From Candidatus Saccharimonadota bacterium (GTDB lineage Bacteria > Patescibacteriota > Gracilibacteria > Absconditabacterales > Absconditicoccaceae): DNA of 32,000 nt. Below, piece by piece: positions 21,853 to 32,000 of the stretch. The position numbers were made by a program, and so were the translations under genes. The notes under the pieces were generated by a model. It had not been told where the DNA came from, ran no database searches, and was given only the letters and a program-made list of their open reading frames with translations. The DNA lies in the NCBI GenBank assembly GCA_000503875.1, contig CP006913.1:270001-302000 (forward strand), in the 5' to 3' direction. Positions within the stretch are counted from its first letter, which is position 1. Each line of letters begins with the position of its first letter.

Positions 21853-22443
21853 ATGATTATAACCTCAGCCGAATTTATAAAAAGTGCCTCCAAACTTTCA
21901 GAATGTCCTCCCGCAGAGTATCCAGAATTTGCCTTGGTGGGAAGATCTAATGTAGGAAAATCTTCACTTATAAATATGATTACCCAACGTAAACAGTTAG
22001 CAAAGTCTTCAGTAACTCCTGGTAAAACCCAATTGCTGAATTATTTTCTCATTAATAAAACTCGATTTCTCGTTGATCTTCCCGGATATGGATATGCAAA
22101 ATATAGCAAAAGCCAAAGAATCGATTGGATGGATACGATGCAAGAATTTCTTACCCAAAGAGAATCATTGAAAACAATTTTCGTCCTTATTGACGGTTCG
22201 ATTGAACCCCAATCTATCGACTTTGAATTTATGCAAGTCCTAAAAGAAGAACAGATTCCTTTTGAAATTGTTGTGACCAAAACAGATAAAGTAAACCAAA
22301 AAGATTTACATAAACATACTACTGCATTGCAAAAACTTTATACAGATCGTTTCGGTCATCCACCAGTGTTGCTTATGACTTCAAGTAGCAAAGGAAGAGG
22401 AAAAGATAAACTATTAGATAAAATAGCAACATTTTTGGAATAA
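21853..22443 (+). CDS. engB: ribosome biogenesis GTP-binding protein EngB/YsxC (196 aa)
   Basis: Intact ORF with G1 'GRSNVGKSSLIN', G3 'DLPGYGYA' and G4 'TKTDK'. Confidence 0.9.
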   Translation: MIITSAEFIKSASKLSECPPAEYPEFALVGRSNVGKSSLINMITQRKQLAKSSVTPGKTQLLNYFLINKTRFLVDLPGYGYAKYSKSQRIDWMDTMQEFLTQRESLKTIFVLIDGSIEPQSIDFEFMQVLKEEQIPFEIVVTKTDKVNQKDLHKHTTALQKLYTDRFGHPPVLLMTSSSKGRGKDKLLDKIATFLE

Positions 22444-23112
22444 CAAAAAAAGACCCTAGAATAAATTCTAAGGCCCTTGGACTTTATATAGAGCAAGGAC
22501 ATATGTTGATAAACTAATGAAATACAATACAAGGAATAAAATACCCAAAGGTAAAATACATCAAGTAAAATATAACAAAGCAAGAAGGCACAAGTCCTAT
22601 GTTGATCTGACGCTATTTTTACTATAATGCAAAGCTGGTTTTATCCAACACTACATTTTACAAAGCAGACAGTTTAATCTTTAATCTTTTGTCTGATATC
22701 TCTTTTGCAAGAAATACAATATTTGTAAGAGAACAGAAATTCTCAAAAGCCTGAATAAACAGAAATATCGCTATACAGATATACGCTATGTCCAGATTCA
22801 AACCAACATCTTATTGCTAAGACATCAATCAAAATAAGAAGATAGATATACGCCATACATGATATAAAAACAGATGCAGGTCAATTTGTTCTATAATAAA
22901 GATCCTCACCATCAGATAATAAGGTTTTAACGCCCTTCATCTTTTGATGACAATATAAGTATATAGGAAAATGTTTGTTTTGTCAAATTTTTAATAACTT
23001 TTTTTAGATACAAGTAAATACGGGTATTAATCTATAAATCAAAGTGTTTACTTGATTTTTTTTAATGAATATATAATCTTATTTTCATATTTTTATTTTT
23101 TTGAAAGAGAAT

Positions 23113-24312
23113 ATGATATTTGCAATAATTCTGCTTATTTTAGGATTGCTTTTGCTTGGTTTTTGAGCTAATTATCTGATTACTTCTAGTGTGAGAATCG
23201 CAAAACATTTTCATGTTTCTAGTTTGCTTATTGGATTAACTATTATAGCGATAGGAACTTCGGCACCAGAATTATTTCTTTCTGGATTGGCTGCAATTCA
23301 ATGAAATTGAGCACTTTCAGTAGGAAATGTAATAGGATCAAATATATTTAATCTGGGGTTTATTCTTGGTCTTAGTGCTATTATTATGCCAATATTCATC
23401 AAGAAAAAAATTATCTATAGAGATGGTTTGGTTTTACTTATTATTACTGCAGCTGTTCTTGCAATGCTATGGGATCAACACGTTGCTCGGCGAGAAGGAG
23501 CAATTTTACTTGCAGGATTAGTCTGATATAATGGATATCTTCGAATCAAAAAAGATGCACCAACAGATGAAGAAGTTGAAATATCAAAACCAAAACTCAA
23601 AAATTTAGCATATGTTGCACTTGGATTAGTAGCTCTTGCATCTGTTCATGCAACAACTATCGATGGTAATTTTACTGTATCATTTGGTATGTCCTTATAT
23701 TCTGGAATATTTCTGGGGATATTAGGATTATCATTTCTCGTAGCAATTTTCAAAAAAGATATTCCAGAATTTCATGATATTGGAAATGGAACTTTGATGA
23801 ATATTATTAAGTTGATAGCAAGTCTTGGTATATTAGTGTTGGCTTCAGAATTAGTAGTGAGTGCTGCTGTATATATTGCACAGACTTTTTGAATTTCAGA
23901 ACGAGCAATAGGTGCAACGATAGTTGCTGCAGGAACCAGTTTGCCAGAAGTAGCTGCAACAGTAGCAGCTATTCTCAAGAAAAATTATGATATGGGAGTA
24001 GGAAATGTCATAGGGTCAGATATTTTCAATATTTTATGAATTATAGGAATAAGTTCAGTTATAGCACCATTAAATCTTACTTCAAAATGTGTTGTTTTGA
24101 CTCAGTGTGATACATGATTTTGGCAGTTGTTATTTAGAGATAATATATTTTCTGTATTGATTTTATTTTTAACTTTGGGAATAACATTTCTTTTTATGAG
24201 AACAGGTTGGAAATTATCAAAAAGAGAATGAATTATATTATTTGTTTTTGCATTACTCAGAATGATTTTTGAAATTAATCCTAATTTTTTTACTAAATGG
24301 TTTGGTGGCTAA
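23113..24312 (+). CDS. CaCA-family cation/Ca2+ exchanger (YrbG-like, 399 aa)
   Basis: Two alpha-repeats are present: 'LLIGLTIIAIGTSAPEL...GNVIGSNIFN' and 'AIGATIVAAGTSLPEV...GNVIGSDIFN'. It reads through several TGA codons; track ORF 23689..23892 is an internal fragment. Confidence 0.8.
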
Positions 24313-24317
24313 TATTA

Positions 24318-25082
24318 TTATTTCAAAGTATTTACAAATAGCCTAGTTTCTTTATCGTTTTTCATTCTTGTGATTCCATAGAGAATTGCATTTCTTCTTC
24401 TTTGTAATACATAAGAACGAAGATGATTTTGATAATATCTAGGATTTGGTAACAAAGCAGCTAATAATGATGCCTGATAATTTGTTAATTTTTTTGCGCT
24501 AGTATGAAAATACTGCTTTGCTGCAGCATCAATACCATAAATTCAATTTCAAAATTCTATACTATTAAGGTATATTTCCATAATTCTTTCTTTGGTCCAC
24601 ATAGATTCGATAAGAAGCGTAAAATATACTTCAAATCATTTTCTAAAAATATCACGACCAGGCCAGAGAAATACATTTTTGGCGGTTTGTTGACTAATAG
24701 TACTTCCACCAATAAGAGATCACTCATGAGAAAAATTATATTTTATAGCCTTTTGAATTGCTTCGATATCAAATCAAAAATGATCTACAAATTTATTGTC
24801 CTCGGCGGCAATAACAGCATAGATAACAGAAGAAGAAATATCTTCGATAGGTACTCGATTATGTTTTCGTAGAGGTGATTCTCGATGAAATATATTGTTT
24901 ACACTTCTAATAGTCATTAATGGAGTGAAAAACGGACGGGCAAAAGCATAATATCATGTCAAAAAAATACTGGCACCAAAAAAGACAAGTAATCAACGTT
25001 TATAATGTTGAAGAAAGAATATTTTTCAGTGACTAAAATAATTATGCAGTCTTGAGAAAAGAATTTTGCAATCAAATATCAT
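24318..25082 (-). CDS. mtgA: monofunctional peptidoglycan glycosyltransferase (GT51, MtgA-like, 254 aa)
   Basis: N-terminal TM segment, then 'HN[CGA][26 protein letters not shown][TGA]FD...[15 protein letters not shown]...RK[TGA][10 protein letters not shown]...[14 protein letters not shown][TGA]N[TGA][12 protein letters not shown]...LLAALLPNP'. It is not in the track. Track ORF 24504..24872 (+) is antisense to it. Confidence 0.85.
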
Positions 25083-25245
25083 TTTCCTCAAAGTCATTTG
25101 ATAAAACACCGTATATATGATGAGTATAGCGATCGAGACATGCGTTTCTAAACGTAGGATGACAATGTTCTTTGCAGTCTTTTGCTTCAGAAATTGGTTT
25201 TAAGCAATATGTTGTTTGTTCTTGATAAGAAGACTTAGAAATCAT
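25042..25245 (-). CDS. small Cys/His-rich protein (67 aa), function unknown
   Basis: 'MISKSSYQEQTTYCLKPISEAKDCKEHCHPTFRNACLDRYTHHIYG...' reads through TGA at 25072-25074 to TAA at 25042-25044. It overlaps the predicted mtgA start by 41 nt in another frame. Confidence 0.4.
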
Positions 25246-25378
25246 GATTTTTTGAAAATATAATAAATAAAACAAGCCAATATCTATATAATCAATTTAT
25301 TTTTTCAATAGATTCTTAATCTGTTGATATAAATGATGAAATATATAAAAGAGAAAAGGTTTATTTTTTGTTATAGAT

Positions 25379-26455
25379 ATGAAAAAAAATCAATATATAA
25401 ACTGAGAATTAAATAATTCAAAGTTATATCACAAATATTATTGGCAAAAAAGTTTAAAAAATTGAATACCTCGTTCATCATTAATTAAAGATACTTTTGA
25501 TCAAGTATCTTATCCTATTGAAGCGGGAATTTTTGATATAGCCAAAGAAACCATCTTTGAAATTTTGGATGCATATAGTCAGGTTGTTCCTTATGATACA
25601 AAAAAATATGAAAATGTGATGGATTCTATTCTCAATACAGCAAAAGACAGCTCGTGTATTGTTCTTTTCAATCACGATAATTTTGCTACAATGAGTATTT
25701 TCATTAGAGAACTATATAAACACGCAAATAAAATAAATAAAGATGAATCGAATAAAAATATAGATTTAAAACAGAATCTCCATACTATTGTATGACCAAC
25801 AATTACTACACAAGCTCAGGTTCGTTCATTAAAAGCTATTTCAAATATTTTGAAAACGGTTCCTTCTAGAGATGATATTCCTGGTATGGAAACCAGCTTA
25901 AAAAGTATTAAATCCAGTTTTATAAAACAACTTATTACTACTACAAAACTTCCAAATCAAATTATTTTGATGGCTCCAACAGGTACAAGAGATGTATTAT
26001 ATCGAAATAGTGATGGAACAATTAATTCTATTCTCTTCCAAAATGATGATGGAATTACCAATACAGCAAGAATGGTGAAAAGCTTAGCAGAGTCTTGAAC
26101 AAGAGTAATTCTTGTCGGTACAAATTGAGTATGACTCAAGAGACCTGGAGCAAAACATCTGAAAGAAACAGATAATAATCGAACTCCTGCTGATGTCTAT
26201 ATAGATGTTCAGGAATTAAGTCCTGAAGAATCGCTTTCCCTTATAGAAGAAAAAAAACTTATGTCTACGATAGCATGACTTGTTAGAGATCATAAAGGAA
26301 ATCCTATAGCCAAAGCTATAGATCCTATCGAATTTGATATTTATAAATGATTACCGCAACAAATAGATATCGAAAAGGACAAATATAAAAATTATTATTT
26401 CAAAGATTCTCTCCATAAAAGAATTGTTAGAAAATTATATACATTGTTGAGATAA
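25379..26455 (+). CDS. hypothetical protein (358 aa); weak resemblance to acyltransferase motifs ('FNHDNF', 'APTGTRD')
   Basis: Track ORFs 25565..25795 and 25850..26098 are in one frame, joined by TGA. The frame extends to ATG at 25379 and TAA at 26453-26455. The functional call is tentative. Confidence 0.55.
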
Positions 26456-26497
26456 ACTCTTCCTTGCTATTTTACTCCGAAATCGTAGCATAAACAA

Positions 26498-26520
26498 ACG
26501 CAATTGTTGCGTATATTTTA
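26498..26520 (+). terminator. weak terminator-like hairpin
   Basis: 'acgcaa' (26498-26503) pairs with 'ttgcgt' (26507-26512), followed by an A/T-rich tail. Confidence 0.35.
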
Positions 26521-26538
26521 TTAGTTACAATTACATGA

Positions 26539-28269
26539 ATGTTATTTAGTGAATGTTGATTAAAACCAGGTTTGTTAAAATCTTTGGCTGCTATGGGATA
26601 TACCCAAGCTACACCAATCCAAGAGAAAGTAATGAAAATAGCGCTCACATGAGCAAATATTGTATGACAATCTCAAACAGGAACAGGAAAAACTGCGGCC
26701 TTTTTGCTTCCTATTCTCAATAAAATAGATACCAATAGAAAATCAGTGCAAGTATTAATTCTTGCTCCAACTAGAGAATTAGTAGTCCAAATTTGAGAAG
26801 AAATCAGAAATCTGACAAAATTTTACGGAGTGAGTTTTGCTTGTCTTTACGGAGGAGCAAGTCCTAACGTTCAAAAAGAAAAACTCAGAAGAAGCCCTGC
26901 AATTGTTATTGCAACTCCAGGAAGATTAATGGATTTTATGAATCAAAAAGTGATAGATGTGAGAACGGTTGATTATTTTATTCTCGACGAAGTTGATAGA
27001 ATGTTGGATATGGGATTTGTCCGCGATATCAAAAAAATTCGAGCTCAACTTCCATCAGTAAAGCAGACACTTACTTTTTCTGCTACTATGAACAATGATA
27101 TGAAGACTATTATCAAAGATCATATTTCTACCTACGAATTTATCAAAATAGGAGAGGAAGTGACGGTTGATAAAATTCATCACAGATATATTCCCATCGA
27201 ACACGAGCAAAAGCTTTTCAACGTGATTAAACTTATCGAAGCTCATCCAGATGATAGAATTATTATTTTTACGCATACCAAAAGAAATACAAAAACTATT
27301 CATCAAATTTTAATCTGAGATGGTTTCAACGCAGGATTGTTAAATGGGGATATGGCTCAAGGAAAAAGACAGTCAACCCTCAACGATTTTAAAATAAACA
27401 AAACACAAATACTGGTTACAACAGATGTTGCTGCCAGAGGACTAAATATGGAAAATGTAGGATTGGTTATCAACTTCGATGTGCCTGCTGATGCTAAGAG
27501 TTATATTCATAGAATTGGAAGAACAGGAAGAGCAGGAGCAGAAGGAAAAGCTATTATGTTAGTTTCTCCGCTTGAAAGACCTTTACTTCAAGATATAGAA
27601 AAAGTTCACAAAATCAGAATACAACAATCCGAACATATTGCACAAATAGATAGACAAGGATGATATGGAAATCTTCGTCTTGATAGATCAACTGACAAAA
27701 AAGGTGGGAAGAAAATGATGCCCAGAAAGCGCCTAAGTCCTACCCAAAAATATGGAAAGCTTCCCACATTCGAAGATCAAAAACCTATAAAAACAGAAAA
27801 TAATTTTCGCAGCAATCCAAACCATAAAAAACACGAACGTAGTTTATGAGCTCCCAACAGAGGAGTAGATTGATATAAATGATCAAAACCGGATAGCAGA
27901 CCAGAAGGAAGATCATTTGGAGCGAGACCAGATAACAGAGGACCACGCCCAGATAGCAGATGACCACGCCCAGAAGGGAAATCATATGGAGCGAGACCAG
28001 ACAGCAGACCATCAACAGGATGATATAAATGATCAAAACCAGATAGCAGATGACCAAGACCAGAAGGGAAATCATACGGAGCAAGACCAGATAGTAGACC
28101 ATCAACAGGATGATATAAATGATCAAAACCGGATAGCAGAGGACCACGCCCAGAAGGGAAATCATATGGAGCAAGACCAGATAGCAGAGGACCAAGATCA
28201 GAAGAAAAATCATACGGGGCAAAGCCACAGTGATCATTTAGAGGTGCAGGAAAACCAAGACACAGATAA
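26539..28269 (+). CDS. DEAD-box ATP-dependent RNA helicase with a repetitive basic Gly/Arg/Pro-rich C-terminal tail (576 aa)
   Basis: Contains 'GYTQATPIQ', motif I '[TGA][12 protein letters not shown]', 'PTRELVVQI', motif II '[11 protein letters not shown]', 'SAT' and motif VI '[10 protein letters not shown]'. Track ORFs 26830..27318 and 27337..27663 are fragments. The frame continues through the repeat region to TAA at 28267-28269. Confidence 0.9.
27868..28200 (+). repeat. in-frame tandem repeats encoding '[30 protein letters not shown]'-type units
   Basis: 'tgatataaatgatcaaaacc(g/a)gatagcaga' occurs at 27870, 28021 and 28111. 'ccagaagggaaatcata(t/c)gga' recurs three times. Confidence 0.85.
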
Positions 28270-28270
28270 C

Positions 28271-28300
28271 AAAAAAGACGGATTACTCCGTCTTTTTTTT
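28271..28300. terminator. bidirectional rho-independent terminator shared by convergent genes
   Basis: In 'aaaaaagacggattactccgtctttttttt', 'agacgga' pairs with 'tccgtct'. It is flanked by an A-run and a T-run, and lies between the helicase stop (28269) and the minus-strand ABC-F stop (28299). Confidence 0.8.
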
Positions 28301-29771
28301 ATTTAACTAATTTTCCCAAATCAATTGTTTCTAAATAATCTAATTGATGTACAAATCCTTCGTCATGACTGACCATAATCATTGCTCCTTGATATTTATT
28401 CAAAGACTCTGCAATCACAGGAAGGTGACGGAAATTTATATGGTTCGTTGGTTCATCAAGAATGAGAAGATGCGGTTTTTGAAGTACAAATCTTGCATAG
28501 CAGAGGAGTCCTTTCTGTCCTTCAGAAAGAGATCCAATAGTGTTTTTAAGTAAACCTCCTGTCAGCAAGAATTGAGAGGCAACACGATAAATATCTTGAT
28601 CTGTTGTATCTCCAGCAACTTCGCGAAGATCATCCCATACGATTTTTTCCATATCCAAAGCATTAAAATCTTGACTATAATATCACACCTTTACATCATT
28701 ATGAATCATTGCATCATGATCATGTGCATTTACAAGCTTCTTAAGAAGTGTTGATTTTCCGATACCATTAGGCCCAGAAAGAATATATCTTTGATTTTTT
28801 TTGATAACAAGCGGTAGTTTATGAGTCACAACTTCATGTGATGAATTCATTAATCCAACTTTATGTATTGATACAATAGGTCCTACATAATTTTCAAATG
28901 GAATAACGAAGGGAGTAATAGTCTTATCATCTTTTCTTACTTCTACAATATTCTCTTCAGCATCTTCTACTTCGTCTCTCATTTTACTTGCTAATTTACG
29001 CATTTTACCTCATTTATTCGAAAAGAAATTTATTTTTTCTTTGGCATCAGCAATCTTTTTTTCGGCTCTCGCATTCTGCATTTGTTCTTTTTCAATTTGC
29101 GCAGCGATTTGTTCTACAACATCATAGTAATCTCCCCAATATTGTTCAACCTGGCAACGAGCTTTATTGAGATATAACACACCATCAGTAAAGAGATTGA
29201 GAAAATCTGCATCATGGCTAATTACCACAACGGTTTTATCGTACTCCATCAAAAAACTAATCAGATCACCAATACCATTTCTATCAAGATTATTTGTTGG
29301 TTCATCAAGAAGAAGAATATCTGGACGTTGAATCATTGCATATGCCAAAAGCAATCTAGCTTGTTGTCCACCAGAAAATTCTTTGATTGGTTTGTTTGTT
29401 GGTGCATTAAAATTAACAGCCTTCAATACTTCAGTTATCTTTCTATCTATTTGATAATCTTTCTCTTCAAAGGCAGTTTCAAAAAATTCTTTAATCGTAA
29501 GATCTAATTGCTCTCTAGGAATTACTTGTCTTGCAATAGCGATAGTATTTCCACTAACAATATTGATTTTTCCAGCTTGTGGTTTGAGTTCTCAAGTAAT
29601 CATTTTGAATATTGTTGATTTTCCAGCTCCATTTTGTCCCATAATTGTTATCTTGGTATTTTGGCGAAGCGAAAAACTACTCTCTATCAAAATAGGGTGT
29701 TTCCCATCATTATAAGCAAAAGACACGTCATCAAAACGAAGAATAACTGGATTATTTTGATTGTTTGACAT
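28299..29771 (-). CDS. ABC-F family ATPase, second paralog (490 aa)
   Basis: Track ORFs 28299..28658, 28683..29003 and 29010..29426 share one frame across TGA codons. The frame extends to ATG at 29769-29771 ('MSNNQNNPVILRFDDVSF...'). Walker A motifs are 'GQNGAGKST' and 'GPNGIGKST'. Signature motifs are 'FSGGQQ' and 'LSEGQK'. Confidence 0.85.
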
Positions 29772-29800
29772 GGTATTCTAAAAAAAATATAAATCAAATT

Positions 29801-31621
29801 CTACTCTAATTTTCCTGATTTTTGAGCAACCTTTCTTGCATTGTCGGTAAGGTATATTTTTCTAATTCTGATATTTTTTGGAGTAATTTCCACATATTCA
29901 TCTTGTCCAATATAGGCAAGACAATCTTCTAAGGTCATAGGTACAATGGGTTCTAATCTCATTGCTTCATCATTTCCACTTTCTCTTACATTTGTTTGTT
30001 GTTTATTCTTTGTAAGATTAACACTCATATCACCAGGTTTTGCACTTTCACCAACAACCATTCCTTCATACATTTCTGAAGCTGGTTGGATAAAAATTAC
30101 CCCTCTTTCTTGAAGCTTCCAAATACTATATTTCATACATTTACCCGTTTCTTGACTAATCATTGATCCTGTTGTTCTTCTAGGAATATCTCCTTTATGA
30201 GCAGTATAATGAGAGAAAGAACTATACATAATTCATTCTCCTTTGGTAAGAAGTACAAACTTAGATCTAAATCCAAGTAATCATCTTGTTGGTACATCAA
30301 ATTGAAGCGTAGTTAGTCCATGATGAGTCATCATATCGGTCATTTGTCCTTTTCTTTTGGCAAGAAGATCGATAATAGTTCAAGACATTGCTTCATTAAC
30401 ACTGATAACTACGTGTTCAATTGGTTCCATTTTTTGTCCGTCTTCCATCTTGAATATTACTTGAGGAGCAGAAACTTGAAGTTCAAATCCTTCTCTTCTC
30501 ATAGTTTCAATCAAAACAGACAGATGAAGTTCTCATCTTCCTGCAACAGTAAATCTATTTCCTCATTTATCAAAATCGATTTCTAGTCCTACATTTGTTT
30601 GAAGTTCTTTTTGAAGTCTTTCCATAATATTTCTAGAAGTTACCATTTTCCCTTCACGTCATGCAAAAGGTGAATCATTAACTAGAAAATCCATTTTTAA
30701 TGTTGGTGCATCTACTTTGATATGAGGAAATGGTTCGCATCATTCGACACCAATTGTTTCTCCTACATAGATATTAGCCAATCATGCAATAGTTGCAATA
30801 TCTCAACATTGAGCAGTTTGTGTTTCTACTCTTGAAAGTCCAAGGGTAGTATAAAGTTTTGAAATTCTTCCTTTTCTTTTGTTACCTGCATTATCAAATA
30901 CGACAACATCTTGTCCTGTACGAACAGTTCATTCATAAATTCTTCAAATACCAAGTCTACCTACAAAATCATCATAACCTAAATTAGCAACTTGCATACG
31001 AAATGGTTTGTCAGAATAATCTGGTGCTTCAGGAACAACTTTTTCTATAAGTTCGAACAAAGGAAAAATATTTCACGTTTTTCTAGCTTCTTCAAGATCT
31101 TTGAGTTCGTTGAATGCATATCCACCTTTTGCACTACAGTAAATAACAGGAAAATCCATTTGTTCATCAGTAGCTCATAGGGTGAAAAACAATTCAAAAA
31201 GCTGATCTACTACCCAATTAGGTCTAGCAGTATCTTTATCAATTTTATTGATAACAACGATTGGATTAATACCAAGTTCCAATGACTTTTTGAGTACAAA
31301 TTTAGTTTGTGGCATAGGTCATTCATAGGCATCAACGATCAAAAGTACGCTATCAACCATTTTGAGAGCTCTTTCTACTTCACTTCCAAAATCTGCATGT
31401 CCTGGAGTATCTATAATATTAATAGTATTTCCATTGTAATGCACAGACGTATTTTTGGAATAAATAGTAATACCTCTTTCTTTTTCTTGGTCATTACTAT
31501 CCATAATTAAAGTCTGATCTTCCATTTGTTTCATGGTTCCTGACTGAGTAAGGAATGCATCAACCAAGGTTGTTTTACCATGATCTACATGGGCAATAAT
31601 TGCTATATTTCTAATAGCCAT
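29801..31621 (-). CDS. typA: translational GTPase BipA/TypA (606 aa)
   Basis: Track ORFs 31319..31621 ('[21 protein letters not shown]...[14 protein letters not shown]') and 29801..30229 are the two ends. Hand translation links them in one frame through many TGA codons, for example 'VGRLGI[TGA]RIYE[TGA]TV'. Stop is TAG at 29801-29803. Confidence 0.9.
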
Positions 31622-31639
31622 AATAATAGTCTATTGAAT

Positions 31640-31661
31640 AAAAAAAACCGCACAAATGCGG
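31640..31661 (-). promoter_or_regulatory. terminator-like hairpin in the bipA leader (minus-strand orientation)
   Basis: 'ccgca' (31648-31652) pairs with 'tgcgg' (31657-31661). On the minus strand an 8-T run follows (31640-31647). It ends 19 nt upstream of the bipA ATG. Confidence 0.35.
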
Positions 31662-31854
31662 ATCTATATAAATAATCTGCGTTTTTTTGATAATATACTT
31701 AGTGCGAGTATAAGGAATTGTAGAACAAAAGCAATAGTGATTCAAAAGCAATAGTATTTCATAAATATTACCAAAAATCTTTGGATATTACCTTGATTAA
31801 AAATCAGAATTATATACAACAATTACCGAAAGTTTTATTTTTTATAGATACGAA

Positions 31855-32000
31855 ATGTATCGTACGCATACGTGTTGACAACTTACTTGAAAAAATGCAT
31901 GAGAGGCTATTGTCCTTTCAGGATGGGTAAATAAAGTAAGAAATTTAGGAGGAATGACCTTTATCGATCTTCGTGATAGATATGGGATAACTCAAGTAAC
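31855..32000 (+). CDS. aspS: aspartyl-tRNA synthetase, N-terminal fragment (continues beyond the window)
   Basis: 'MYRTHTC[TGA]QLT[TGA]KNA[TGA][32 protein letters not shown]' matches the AspRS N-terminal OB-fold signature. Confidence 0.85.

Noticed and set aside
22470-22500. 'aaagtcc' on the minus strand resembling the RNase P RNA P4 element 'GGAAAGUCC'.
   Set aside because: It lies at the wrong end of the available non-coding space. None of the other conserved RNase P regions were recognisable, so the match looks like chance.
24504-24872. 122-aa plus-strand ORF.
   Set aside because: It is antisense to the clearly recognisable GT51 glycosyltransferase (mtgA) on the minus strand, and its composition is low-complexity.
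27785-28306. Two long overlapping track ORFs: a 150-aa hydrophobic repeat protein on the minus strand and a 129-aa D/Q/H-rich protein on the plus strand.
   Set aside because: Both are off-frame or antisense readings of the tandem repeat that encodes the DEAD-box helicase tail. The helicase frame runs continuously from motif VI to TAA at 28267-28269.
31885-31900. Apparent frameshift in aspS at the A-run after 'MYRTHTCGQLT'.
   Set aside because: On recounting there are six A's (31890-31895), and the frame from ATG at 31855 runs continuously into '[14 protein letters not shown]...FIDLRDRYG'.

Overview
AT-rich bacterial chromosomal segment that only makes sense if UGA is read as glycine (translation table 25, used by Absconditabacteria/SR1 and Gracilibacteria within Patescibacteria/CPR). 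The standard-code ORF track breaks almost every gene into pieces. Reading through in-frame TGA (all real stops are TAA/TAG) gives about 30 tightly packed genes.

Gene content, in window order:
- VirB4-like ATPase plus a polytopic membrane protein
- a PriA-like protein lacking the N-terminal motor half
- THUMP RNA methyltransferase and TrmB
- a complete F-type ATP synthase operon in the unusual order atpB-E-F-H-A-C-G-[lipoprotein]-D
- photolyase
- a 694-aa tandem-repeat protein
- two ABC-F ATPases, EngB, a CaCA exchanger, MtgA
- a DEAD-box helicase with a repetitive R/G/P-rich tail
- BipA/TypA and the start of AspRS

Main findings:
1. UGA=Gly is supported at many invariant glycines.
2. CGA codons sit at invariant tryptophan positions. 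This is clearest in photolyase (9 CGA codons) and also seen in MtgA, TrmB and in paralogous repeat columns. It points to an additional CGA Arg-to-Trp sense-codon reassignment. One repeat column contradicts it.
3. A 1.4-kb lipoprotein insertion inside the atp operon is bounded by perfect 47-bp direct repeats that duplicate the atpG 3' end.
4. The c-subunit gene (atpE) is a tandem fusion of two hairpins.
5. The epsilon subunit gene lies between alpha and gamma.

No rRNA, tRNA, CRISPR array or transposase was recognised.
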